Shown: one piece after another, positions 36,732-45,763 of the stretch | Layout of the letters: every line of letters begins with the position of its first letter | How positions within the stretch are numbered: the stretch's first letter is position 1 | NCBI GenBank assembly: GCA_041665845.1 | Contig: JBAYIC010000003.1 | Coordinates: 35,656 to 99,655, forward strand | Direction of reading: 5' to 3' | DNA from: Patescibacteria group bacterium | GTDB taxonomy: Bacteria; Patescibacteriota; Patescibacteriia; Patescibacteriales; UBA12465 | DNA length: 64,000 bases | Position numbers and translations under genes: made by a program | Notes under the pieces: generated by a model | Seen by the model: the letters and a program-made list of their open reading frames with translations, nothing else | Told to the model about the DNA's origin: nothing | The model's database searches: none

Positions 36732-37391
36732 ATGGTTTCTTTCACACCAAAAAGAATAATCTCAGAAAATAGTTTAGGCGAAGAGTTGAGGAGAATTAGA
36801 AATTTTAAAAACCTAAAAATTGACGAAGTCGCTAAAAAGCTTAACATTAGAAGTGAATATTTACTAGCGATTGAGGCCGAAGATCTTTATTCTTTACCGG
36901 CCGGATTATATGGTAAAAATTTTCTTAAACGTTATGCTGATTTTCTTGGCGCCGATAAAAAACTAACCGCTAAGTTTCTAGAAGAAACAGGAATGAAAAC
37001 AGCCGCTGAAGATCCTTTTTCTCAGAAAATACTAAAGAAAAGTAAATTTTTAATTTTTCCAAAAATAATCAGAAATCTAGCAATCGGGTTAGCGGTTCTA
37101 ATTTGTTTTCTTTATCTACTTTTCTATTTTAAAAAAATAATTTTACCGCCAGAACTATTAGTCACTCAGCCCGATCGTAATTTAATGACCAAGGAAGCAG
37201 TAATTTTAATAACTGGCTCAACCGATAAAGAAGCTGAAGTAAAAATAAATGGCGAATTAGTTCTCAATAACAACAATGGGGAATTTTCACAATTAATCAA
37301 TCTCAAAAAAGGGGTTAATAATCTTGAAATTAGTGCTAAAAAAAAATATAGCCAAGACAATATCATTATCAGACAAATATTAGTTGAATAA
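36732..37391 (+). CDS. RodZ-like cytoskeleton protein (XRE HTH + TM + C-terminal domain)
   Basis: HTH LGEELRRIRNFKNLKIDEVAKKLNIRSEYLLAIE...LPAGLYGKNFLKRYADFLG, typical of the RodZ N-terminus, followed by a TM helix. Confidence 0.6.
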   Translation: MVSFTPKRIISENSLGEELRRIRNFKNLKIDEVAKKLNIRSEYLLAIEAEDLYSLPAGLYGKNFLKRYADFLGADKKLTAKFLEETGMKTAAEDPFSQKILKKSKFLIFPKIIRNLAIGLAVLICFLYLLFYFKKIILPPELLVTQPDRNLMTKEAVILITGSTDKEAEVKINGELVLNNNNGEFSQLINLKKGVNNLEISAKKKYSQDNIIIRQILVE

Positions 37392-37953
37392 TAAAAAGTA
37401 TATGTTCGAAATAAACAAGACCGCCCTATTTGACATTACTGCTATTTTGCATAAGATATCAGTAGAGGAAAAACAAAAAATAGCTGAACTTGGTTGCGGA
37501 AATTTTGGTTTTTTTACTTTTCCCTTAGCTAGGCTGGTCGGCCGCTCTGGTAAAGTCTATGCCGTCGATATTATAAAATCAACCTTAACCGAGATAAAAG
37601 ATAGGGCAGCGAAAGAAAACATGCCGCAAATAATCCCTATTTGGAGTAATTTGGAAATATTTAAGGCTACTCAAATAGAATCCGATAGTTTAGACAGCGC
37701 CTTATTAGTAAACATTCTCCACCAATCGGAAAAAAGAGCAGAAGTTATCAGAGAGGCGACTAGAATGTTAAAAAGAGGAGGAAAACTCTTAATCGTCGAG
37801 TGGAGTGGAGCTGATTCTCCTTTAGGCCCAAAGCCGGAAAAAAGGTTAAAAATTGAATCTTTAAAAGCGGCGGCCAACAAATTAGGGCTAGATATTAAGG
37901 AAGAATTTGCTGCTGGTCCTTATCATTACGGTTTAGTATTAATTAAATTATAA
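37384..37953 (+). CDS. class I SAM-dependent methyltransferase
   Basis: Motif I IAELGCGNFGFF, motif II VYAVDI. 189 aa. Confidence 0.65.
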   Translation: MNNKKYMFEINKTALFDITAILHKISVEEKQKIAELGCGNFGFFTFPLARLVGRSGKVYAVDIIKSTLTEIKDRAAKENMPQIIPIWSNLEIFKATQIESDSLDSALLVNILHQSEKRAEVIREATRMLKRGGKLLIVEWSGADSPLGPKPEKRLKIESLKAAANKLGLDIKEEFAAGPYHYGLVLIKL

Positions 37954-37959
37954 AAAATT

Positions 37960-38343
37960 ATGAAAACTCTCCTTACTTGGAACTATTGGTTTACGGTTAA
38001 TCCTGGACCAGCCTCACTATTAAAACTACAAGCCTTTATTGGGATCTTAGTTTTGTTAATTATCATCGCGATAGCAGTCTCAATTGCAAAAAAACGAGGG
38101 GGAATATATAAAGGATTGTTTAAAAAATTATATAATTTCTCATCAGCTAATTTTATTATCGGCTTAATTATTCTCTTTTTCAATTACGAAAACGTCCCTT
38201 TCTTTTCTTCTAGAATGTGGCTCGGATTTTGGTTTTTAGAAATGATTATCTGGGGATTATACATTCTTAAAGATTTAAAAAGAATTCCTCAGAAAAAAAA
38301 GGAAATAGAGGCGGCGAAAGAACTAAAAAAATATCTTCCTTAA
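37960..38343 (+). CDS. hypothetical small membrane protein
   Basis: Three predicted hydrophobic helices and nothing else recognisable. Confidence 0.4.
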   Translation: MKTLLTWNYWFTVNPGPASLLKLQAFIGILVLLIIIAIAVSIAKKRGGIYKGLFKKLYNFSSANFIIGLIILFFNYENVPFFSSRMWLGFWFLEMIIWGLYILKDLKRIPQKKKEIEAAKELKKYLP

Positions 38344-38420
38344 TGACCTTGCAACCAGCATTACTCTTGTAAAAAATATTAAAATTATAAAGCCTCAAAT
38401 CGAGGCTTTATTTAATAAAT

Positions 38421-38777
38421 ATGAAAACGCAAACTCTAGGCCATTTTGGCGAAGAATTAATCTGTAAATATTTAAAAAATAATAATTACAAAATAATAAA
38501 CAATAATCATCGACTCGGACGCTTAGAAATCGATATTATTGCAACAAAAGCCGGTCGTTTATATTTTTTTGAGATAAAAACCAGAATAAAAAATGAAGAA
38601 AGTATCAAAGAAATACCTCTTCAGAAATCTCAAGCGAATAATTTAAAAAAAGCGGCTAGACGATACGCTACTACTCATCATATCAACTTAGAACTTATTA
38701 ATTTTGATTTAATAATAGTATTGCTCGATCGTCAAAAAAATACAGCAACCATTAAACGTTACGAAAATATCTTTTAA
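38421..38777 (+). CDS. YraN-family (UPF0102) endonuclease-like protein
   Basis: GEELICKYLKNNNYKIINNNHR...EIDIIA...YFFEIKTR, the YraN restriction-endonuclease-fold signature. Confidence 0.75.
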   Translation: MKTQTLGHFGEELICKYLKNNNYKIINNNHRLGRLEIDIIATKAGRLYFFEIKTRIKNEESIKEIPLQKSQANNLKKAARRYATTHHINLELINFDLIIVLLDRQKNTATIKRYENIF

Positions 38778-39498
38778 TCATTTTTAAATTAAATCTAAAC
38801 AAAACCAATTTTTTGATAAATTGGAAACTATCGCTAAAAATTCTAATTTTACTCTTTTTTGTGCTAGCTCTATTCTCACGCCAGGTAACCGCTATCTCTA
38901 AAACTTTTAACTTCGCGATTCCTGCTAAAACAACTAGTTCGGTATCAAAAAACCAATCATCATCAACTAAAAATTTTTCTATTTTTTTAAAAGCCGCGCT
39001 ACTTATTACTTTAAAACCACATTGAATATCTTGGACTTTATGATTTAACATTAATCTCGATAAAAAGGCATAACTCTTCGAAATTATTCCTCTTTGCAAA
39101 GATCGCTGTGCTGAAGCACCGGATATGAATCGAGAGCTAATAACTAAATCGGCTTCTTTCTTTAAAACTGGCCTCACTAATCTTTCTACGGCCTCTAAAG
39201 AAACGGCTAAATCAGCATCCATAAAAACTAACACTTCAGCGTCGCTTCTGCGCCAACACAATTTGATAGCTCCGCCTTTACCGGGCCTTTCAATATTTAT
39301 CAGATCTAATTTATCAAAAAAGCTATTTTTTACGCTCTCGACGATAAGAGCGGAGTCATCACTAGAACCATTAATCACGCCGATTATTTTCCAATCAAAA
39401 TCAAGCTTAATTGTATTTAAACAAGAAATCAGTTGTAAAAGATTATTTTCAATTACCTCGGCTTCATTTCTGATTGGTAAACAAAAGTCAACTCTCAT
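38752..39498 (-). CDS. GT2 glycosyltransferase, polyprenyl-phosphate sugar synthase-like (Dpm1/ArnC-like)
   Basis: GT-A fold motifs including FMDADL (DxD-like). Size and composition typical of dolichyl/undecaprenyl-phosphate sugar synthases. Confidence 0.7.
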   Translation of the reverse strand: MRVDFCLPIRNEAEVIENNLLQLISCLNTIKLDFDWKIIGVINGSSDDSALIVESVKNSFFDKLDLINIERPGKGGAIKLCWRRSDAEVLVFMDADLAVSLEAVERLVRPVLKKEADLVISSRFISGASAQRSLQRGIISKSYAFLSRLMLNHKVQDIQCGFKVISSAAFKKIEKFLVDDDWFFDTELVVLAGIAKLKVLEIAVTWRENRASTKKSKIRIFSDSFQFIKKLVLFRFNLKMIKRYFRNV

Positions 39499-39512
39499 AC
39501 TTTATATTTAAA

Positions 39513-41063
39513 TTAATTTCGAAAGTAAATTTTTGCAACCTTATCTTGATAGATAACTTCCCAGCCGTTTTCATCATCAAGATATTTTCTTAAATGATTA
39601 ACAGCCCGTAAATCACTATCTTTAATACCAAAAAATATTTTTTCCCATTTTTTAGCAGTTATCTGTTTATCTTCGGCACTCATTAAAATTAATTTTATAT
39701 TATACTCATCTAATTTTTCGCTTTGATTATTACCGGCACTAAAAAAATTATAATATTCTTGAATAAGCGTCCAGTTAGCAAACTCAACTTGCGGTAAACG
39801 TCCATCAATAAAAAGCTTTCTTTCCGGAATAGCCCAAATCATAAATCCCCCCCAATCATAGTTATTTAAAATCTTATCATCATTATACTGTGAATTATTT
39901 TTTAGAAAATCTATTGCCTCACAAGGATAATTATAACAAAAAGAGGAAAATGGAGTCTGAGTGAAATGAGTCGCTGAGAATTGAACGATGGCGATTAAAC
40001 AACCACAAAAGACTACAAGATATTTCAACCAATTATAATAAGCGACTTTTATTTCTTTAAAAAACGGGCTAAAAATATCAATCATTAAGCTAAAGGAGAC
40101 AACAAAGAACAAGGGAAAATGCCGACGAGACTTAAGGCTTAAGACTAAAAAAACAAATGATAAAAAAATTTCCCAAATATTTAGTTTTTGCCTTTTTTGC
40201 AATCTAAAATAAACATATAGAATTAAGGCGACCGCTCCCAGCGCCAAATAAATTAATTGATCATAGCGGAAGGGAAAAGAGGATTGTGGTAGCCATTCTT
40301 TAATCAGCGAGAGATATGCTTTATTTTTATATCCTAATAAAAAATTATAAAGCTCTAGCCGATACGGCGTTAACCCAGTAACTATTAGAGATAACAGGGC
40401 AAAGAGAGAAAATGAGCTAAGTTGCTTTAACTCGCCATTTTTAGTAATTATTTTTTCAAATAATTTAATTCCTATCCAAGAAAAAATAATAAAGAAGCCA
40501 ATTAGAAAACTAGCATGTAAATTAGCCCAGAGGAAAAACAAGGGCGGTAAGAACAATAAAACGCGCCAATTTTTAGATCGACTATAATGGTCAATGATTA
40601 TTAAAACTAACAAAACAAACAAAAGAGCTAGCTCTTGTATTCTAACCCCGAAATGTGGAATGGCCGCTAAGACCCCAAACAATTGAAAACTCGCTATTAA
40701 CCAAAAATTAGCCCTATCTTTTAATACCTGGCTAACATAAAAGTTAAGAATAACCAAGATTAAGATTATGAGTCCTGCAAAAATATTAACTAAAGCCGCA
40801 TAACCATAGTGATCATAAATATAATAAATAGCTAAATTACTTAACCACTCATGATCAACCCAATTGCCATGATAGGTGTAGTTATAAGTATTGAGCTGAG
40901 GAATTTGATAAGTAGTAGCTATTTCTTGACCAACTTTCAGATGCCAGCCAAAATCAGGATCGAGATTAGAAAAACCGCCTTTAACTAAAATGATAAATAA
41001 TAATAAATAGAAAAAAACCCAAAAAACGTAAACAAACTTTATTTTTTTTATCGCTTCTAACAT
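39513..41063 (-). CDS. polytopic membrane protein, probable GT-C-fold glycosyltransferase (ArnT/PMT-like)
   Basis: About 11 TM helices plus a C-terminal soluble domain. Directly downstream of a polyprenyl-phosphate sugar synthase-like GT2, the classic donor-synthase/GT-C pairing. The family assignment is inference. Confidence 0.45.
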   Translation of the reverse strand: MLEAIKKIKFVYVFWVFFYLLLFIILVKGGFSNLDPDFGWHLKVGQEIATTYQIPQLNTYNYTYHGNWVDHEWLSNLAIYYIYDHYGYAALVNIFAGLIILILVILNFYVSQVLKDRANFWLIASFQLFGVLAAIPHFGVRIQELALLFVLLVLIIIDHYSRSKNWRVLLFLPPLFFLWANLHASFLIGFFIIFSWIGIKLFEKIITKNGELKQLSSFSLFALLSLIVTGLTPYRLELYNFLLGYKNKAYLSLIKEWLPQSSFPFRYDQLIYLALGAVALILYVYFRLQKRQKLNIWEIFLSFVFLVLSLKSRRHFPLFFVVSFSLMIDIFSPFFKEIKVAYYNWLKYLVVFCGCLIAIVQFSATHFTQTPFSSFCYNYPCEAIDFLKNNSQYNDDKILNNYDWGGFMIWAIPERKLFIDGRLPQVEFANWTLIQEYYNFFSAGNNQSEKLDEYNIKLILMSAEDKQITAKKWEKIFFGIKDSDLRAVNHLRKYLDDENGWEVIYQDKVAKIYFRN

Positions 41064-41194
41064 AGAAATCGCTATTATAAGGCTAACATTCCCTATTCTA
41101 TCATAGGGCGATTTATTTGTCTTGTTGAAAGTAATATGCTAAAATTAGAGATGTAAAATTAAATTTATAAACATTAAAGAAAGGGGGTGAAAAT

Positions 41195-41605
41195 ATGAAA
41201 AAAATTTCTAAACACTTAATTTCATTAGCTATCATTTCTTTGTTAGTTCTACCTATTTTTGCTATCCCAGTTAGCGCACAAACTGGTTCTCAATTTGGGA
41301 CAACGGAAGTCAATACTGGACTAAACGGAATTTTAGCTAGCGGTGATCCAAGAGAAATGGTTGGCCGCATTATCAACGTCGCCCTAGGGTTCTTAGGCGT
41401 AATCGCCGTTGTTATCATCTTAATGGGTGGCTTCAAATGGATGACTGCCGGCGGAAATGAAGATAAAGTTGCTGAAGCTAAAAAATTGTTAGGAGCTGGT
41501 GTTATCGGCTTAGCAATCGTTTTGGCCGCTTGGTCTGTTGCAAATTTCGTTGTTACCTCTATCTACAACGCTACTAGCGCGACCAATGCTACTACATTTG
41601 AATAG
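41195..41605 (+). CDS. VirB2/TrbC-like small secreted two-helix protein (pilin-like), paralogue 1 of 6
   Basis: Strong SD AAAGGGGGTGA 7 nt upstream. Signal peptide ending VSAQT. Conserved GGFKWMTAGGNEDKVAEAKK loop between two hydrophobic helices. Confidence 0.6.
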   Translation: MKKISKHLISLAIISLLVLPIFAIPVSAQTGSQFGTTEVNTGLNGILASGDPREMVGRIINVALGFLGVIAVVIILMGGFKWMTAGGNEDKVAEAKKLLGAGVIGLAIVLAAWSVANFVVTSIYNATSATNATTFE

Positions 41606-41691
41606 TATGACGTGGTTCTCATCTTTGGTATGGGAATCACTGGTCCAAGTATAAAATGTTTACGCTTGGACCAGTGAATAAATACTTTTTT

Positions 41692-42084
41692 ATGAAGAAA
41701 AAAATCTTATCTTTTTTGGTTTTGATGTTTGCTATTGCTACAATATCTTTTCTTTTTTGGAACCCAGTTTTTGCTCAAACCGATCCAACCATAGACGGAT
41801 TAAATGAAAGCGCTAAAAAAGTTACCGCCTATGATACTAGTGCGAGCTATACTAATTTCTTGCAAACTAAGGCTGGGGTAATAATCGGTGTTGTTTTATC
41901 TTTTGTTGGCGTTCTCTTTTTAGCTCTAATGATTTATTCTGGTATTACTTGGATGACGGCTCAAGGGAATGAACAGCAAGTAACTAAAGCCAAAGGTCTC
42001 CTAATTAATGCTGTAATTGGGATTATAATCGTTTTTGCCGCTTACGCTATTACCTCCTTTATTGGTAGTAATTTCCTTGGTTAA
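41692..42084 (+). CDS. VirB2/TrbC-like pilin-like protein, paralogue 2
   Basis: Signal peptide ending VFAQT. SGITWMTAQGNEQQVTKAKG loop and second helix IGIIIVFAAYAITSF. Start at internal MKKKIL. Confidence 0.6.
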   Translation: MKKKILSFLVLMFAIATISFLFWNPVFAQTDPTIDGLNESAKKVTAYDTSASYTNFLQTKAGVIIGVVLSFVGVLFLALMIYSGITWMTAQGNEQQVTKAKGLLINAVIGIIIVFAAYAITSFIGSNFLG

Positions 42085-42107
42085 GTAAAAGTCTAAAACA
42101 AACAAAA

Positions 42108-42512
42108 ATGAGAAATTTCTTAACGAAAAACTCTATAAAACTATTGGCGTTAATCTTATTATTGGCGCCTGTTTTTATTTATAGCCAAGCGGCATATGGA
42201 CAAGATACTGGATATGATTTTGGTAAAGATAGCGGCTTAAATCAAACCGCTGATTCTGGCGGTTTTCTAACTGGAGCGAGCGCAATGACTGTAGATAGTC
42301 TACTAGCTAGAACTATTGCCGTTGTTTTGAGCCTAATTGGAGTTATTTTCTTAGTTTTTATAGTCTATGGAGGGTTCACTTGGATGACGGCTGATGGTAA
42401 AGAAGAAAAAATAAAATCAGCCAACACAACTATCACTAATTCATTATTTGGACTGATGATTACTCTTTCAGCCTATGTAATCAGTTATTTCTTAATTAAT
42501 TATTTCAGATAA
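42108..42512 (+). CDS. VirB2/TrbC-like pilin-like protein, paralogue 3
   Basis: Signal peptide ending AYGQD. GGFTWMTADGKEEKIKSAN loop. Confidence 0.6.
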   Translation: MRNFLTKNSIKLLALILLLAPVFIYSQAAYGQDTGYDFGKDSGLNQTADSGGFLTGASAMTVDSLLARTIAVVLSLIGVIFLVFIVYGGFTWMTADGKEEKIKSANTTITNSLFGLMITLSAYVISYFLINYFR

Positions 42513-42514
42513 TT

Positions 42515-42925
42515 ATGAGAAGTAAAATTAAAATAACAATTATCTTATTATTTCTAGCAATTACCTCCTTTTCTATAGTTCCAACTACAAAAGCCCAGGA
42601 GGGGATTCTTAAAGAAACTAAAAAAACTGAATTTAACAATAATTTAAATACTTTTGCCGATCAAGCGGCGATTGAAAGACAAAAAAGTCTAGAAGAAATG
42701 ATTGGAACGGCTATCAGAGTAGTGTTAACTGCTTTGGGAACGATTTTTATTGCCATGATGTTTGTTGCTGGGAATACTTGGATGCAAGCGGCTGGAAATG
42801 AAGAAAAAATAAAAAAATCACAAGAACGGATTCGATCCCTAATCATTGGTTTAATCATAGTGCTTATAGCTTATGCTCTAAGTGCGGGATTTTCTGGATT
42901 ATTGTCTAGAGCTTTATTAAAATAA
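42515..42925 (+). CDS. VirB2/TrbC-like pilin-like protein, paralogue 4
   Basis: Signal peptide ending TKAQE. AGNTWMQAAGNEEKIKKSQ loop. Starts 3 nt after the preceding stop. Confidence 0.6.
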   Translation: MRSKIKITIILLFLAITSFSIVPTTKAQEGILKETKKTEFNNNLNTFADQAAIERQKSLEEMIGTAIRVVLTALGTIFIAMMFVAGNTWMQAAGNEEKIKKSQERIRSLIIGLIIVLIAYALSAGFSGLLSRALLK

Positions 42926-42958
42926 ATTTCTTTATCTTAGATTTATATTAGAAAAGTT

Positions 42959-43432
42959 ATGAAAAAGTTTATTAAATTATCAATCCTATTGTCATTATTT
43001 TTGTTCTTAATTATTCCTTTTTCAGTTGGAGCTCAGATCGGTGACCGTCAATATCAAGAAGATTTCGAGCCAGACTTACAAGCAGATGAGACTAGCCTCA
43101 ATCCTCCACCAGCTAATCCATCTAATATGCCGACCCTAAAAGAAAGGTTGATGTCAGTTGGCGGTGCGGCTGGGTTTACTACCGATGAAACTAAGGCTTC
43201 AACCCCAAGAATAGTTGGTTTAATAGTCGGGGCTTTCATAAATTTTACCGGGTTAACATTCATTGTTTTGATGATTATTGCCGGTTACGGCTGGATGACC
43301 TCAAACGGAAATGAAGAGAAAGTTAAAAAATCAGTGAGTACAATTAAGGCCTCTATTATTGGTTTAATAGTTTCCTTATCCGCTTGGGCAATTTGGAGCT
43401 TAATTTTCCAGAGATTAATAATAGGCGGTTAA
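42959..43432 (+). CDS. VirB2/TrbC-like pilin-like protein, paralogue 5
   Basis: Signal peptide ending VGAQI. AGYGWMTSNGNEEKVKKSV loop. Has a longer Pro-rich mature N-terminal region. Confidence 0.6.
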   Translation: MKKFIKLSILLSLFLFLIIPFSVGAQIGDRQYQEDFEPDLQADETSLNPPPANPSNMPTLKERLMSVGGAAGFTTDETKASTPRIVGLIVGAFINFTGLTFIVLMIIAGYGWMTSNGNEEKVKKSVSTIKASIIGLIVSLSAWAIWSLIFQRLIIGG

Positions 43433-43445
43433 AAAAGATAAAAAT

Positions 43446-43877
43446 ATGATAAAAACAAAAAAAATCGCTTTAGCTTTATTTTCTTTAGGATTATTTTTCC
43501 AATTATTTTTTGGCTCAATTGCTTCTGCCCAATTACTTAGTACTACTACGGATTTAGATGGAATGACTAGAGTAACAAAAAATGCTGCTAATCTTGGAGA
43601 TATTTCAGTCGGTACCTTGGTTGCTCAAATAATAAAAGTTACCCTGAGTTTTTTAGCAATCATATTTTTAATCTTGATAGTTTTTGCTGGATTTAAATGG
43701 ATGACTGCTGGGGGAAACGAAGAACAAATCAAAAAATCAACTTCAACTATTACCGCGGCCGTTATTGGTTTAATAATTGTTCTTGCGGCTTATACAATAA
43801 CCTACTTTATCTTTAAGCAATTACCGTTTACCGGAGGAAGCAGTATTCAAGTTATGACTGGCGATGGTCAAAAATAA
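43446..43877 (+). CDS. VirB2/TrbC-like pilin-like protein, paralogue 6
   Basis: Signal peptide ending IASAQL. AGFKWMTAGGNEEQIKKST loop, second helix IGLIIVLAAYTITYF. Confidence 0.6.
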   Translation: MIKTKKIALALFSLGLFFQLFFGSIASAQLLSTTTDLDGMTRVTKNAANLGDISVGTLVAQIIKVTLSFLAIIFLILIVFAGFKWMTAGGNEEQIKKSTSTITAAVIGLIIVLAAYTITYFIFKQLPFTGGSSIQVMTGDGQK

Positions 43878-43962
43878 TATATTACTATTTTACAAATTGA
43901 AAAGGGAGCATCTGTGAAAGATACTCCCTTTTTATTTTTTGCTCTTGGTGAGCGTTTTGGCG

Positions 43963-44838
43963 TTACGGAAACCTTGGGGCCACTGCATAATTAAAGCAGG
44001 ACATCCCCTGATATTTCTTTTCTTGACCATCGATAGTCATCTTTCTGGGTTCACCAGAGCGACGTCCATTGATGTAGATTTCAATCATATACACTCCGGG
44101 GAGTAAATAATTCACCTCCATAGATTTAGGAGGAATCATGGTAGAAAATTCCCCAATTCCACCAACTTGGCGGGCAATAAAGTTAACTGGTTCGACATAC
44201 ATGTTGTCGAAGATAACTTTATAGCCACTCTGACGACCAGAAGGATTAATCGCTGCATTTAGGTTTTCTTCAACTTTAGTAATTACGAGCTCGTCCAACC
44301 TAGTTGAGTGTGAGCGAGAACGTTGATTCCTGTTTAACCTACTTAACCGAGTCGGAATAGAACGATCCATCGGATCAGCTTTAGGAGTTTTAGTAATCAT
44401 TGGTGTAGTAGTTGGAACGGTAGCAGTAGAGTCTTTAGCCGAAATGTTCAGCTTAGTGGGTTTTGATTGAGCAGTCAGTTGAATTTTTTCCTGTTGCACT
44501 TCGTAAAGAGCCTTTGTTAGATCCTTTACTTTTTGGTCAGCAGTTACAACCAGTTTAGAAACGGAGTCAGCTTGTTCATTTAGTTTTTTTACCAATATGC
44601 CCGCAGCATCTCTTTTGTTTGCGTCATCAGCCCTCGAGCCGATGAGTGTTTGCTGCTTTGCTTCCCTCTGAAGCGAAAATACTTTTCGAGTTTTCTCAAC
44701 CTCGAATTTCTTTTCAGCCTGAGCGAGTTCGGATTTAGCTTTTTTAATTTGGCGCTCCACTGAAGCCAAACCCTGAGCAAACGACTGGCCAACGGTTACT
44801 ACAACCATCAGCACTAAAACTACTAACATTTTTTTCAT
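43963..44838 (-). CDS. hypothetical secreted coiled-coil protein
   Basis: Signal peptide MKKMLVVLVLMVVVTVGQSFAQG, coiled-coil region, Thr/Pro-rich linker and C-terminal globular domain. Confidence 0.45.
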   Translation of the reverse strand: MKKMLVVLVLMVVVTVGQSFAQGLASVERQIKKAKSELAQAEKKFEVEKTRKVFSLQREAKQQTLIGSRADDANKRDAAGILVKKLNEQADSVSKLVVTADQKVKDLTKALYEVQQEKIQLTAQSKPTKLNISAKDSTATVPTTTPMITKTPKADPMDRSIPTRLSRLNRNQRSRSHSTRLDELVITKVEENLNAAINPSGRQSGYKVIFDNMYVEPVNFIARQVGGIGEFSTMIPPKSMEVNYLLPGVYMIEIYINGRRSGEPRKMTIDGQEKKYQGMSCFNYAVAPRFP

Positions 44839-45064
44839 GATTTCTACGTTTTATATGATTTTTATTTGTTAATATACATTTTTACTTCTAACAATTATAT
44901 CACAATAAACAAAATTTGTCAATAATCTTATCCCCTTCCTATCCCCAGCCTACCATTGACTTTTAGCAGTTCTTATGCTAAGTTACTTAGTCAAGAAAAT
45001 CCCAGCTTGATCATAATCAATGATGATATGCTAGGGATTTTTTATTTGGCTAATATTAAACAAT

Positions 45065-45679
45065 ATGAAAATAATCCGAACAATTAGAGAGGAAATTGTA
45101 CCTCTCAGTAAACAGCAGGGGGTAATTCTCTTAGTAATTATCGCCTGTATCTTCCAATTCGTCCTTTTCTATGCACCAGCGCTTGCTGATGACGCCGTAA
45201 AACAAGCCAAAGCCCAAACAAATGAAGAAGATATGCTTGTTTTTAATGAAGTAATGATTAAAGATTCAATCACCAACACGGCAACCAAGAGCCAAGAAGC
45301 TTCTTCAACACCAGTCGTTATTACTGTCCCAGAAAGCACACCAGCCTCTTCAACCCCAGAATATAAGATTGTTAGAACCAGTACCCATACAATGACTGCT
45401 TATAACTCCGAACCTGGTCAAACTGATGATTCTCCTTGTATTACCGCTAACGGCTTCAATGTTTGTAAACATGGCGAAGAAGATACTATTGCAGCCAATT
45501 TTCTAAAGTTTGGAACAAAAGTTATGATCCCAGAATTATTTGGCGATAGAGTATTTACTGTTCGTGATCGCATGAACCAAAAACATCCTAATCGAGTAGA
45601 TGTTTGGATGAAGGATCATTCTAACGCTATGAAGTTCGGCGTTAAGGTCGCTAAAATCCAAGTAATCGAATATAATTAA
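45065..45679 (+). CDS. 3D-domain (MltA/RlpA-like double-psi beta-barrel) cell-wall protein
   Basis: TAYNSEPGQTDDSPCITANG...IAANFLKFGTKVMIPELFGDRVFTVRDRMN...VDVWM, typical of the 3D domain with three conserved Asp. N-terminal membrane anchor. Confidence 0.65.
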   Translation: MKIIRTIREEIVPLSKQQGVILLVIIACIFQFVLFYAPALADDAVKQAKAQTNEEDMLVFNEVMIKDSITNTATKSQEASSTPVVITVPESTPASSTPEYKIVRTSTHTMTAYNSEPGQTDDSPCITANGFNVCKHGEEDTIAANFLKFGTKVMIPELFGDRVFTVRDRMNQKHPNRVDVWMKDHSNAMKFGVKVAKIQVIEYN

Positions 45680-45705
45680 AAAAAATAATTTTCAAATTAG
45701 TAAAA

Positions 45706-45740
45706 CAAAAAACGCCTCCTTAATTGGAAGCGTTTTTTGT
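45706..45740. terminator. bidirectional terminator between convergent genes
   Basis: acgcctcc/ggaagcgt hairpin flanked by an A-run and a T-run. Confidence 0.5.
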
Positions 45741-45763
45741 ATAATTTGTATAATGGGTTTTAT

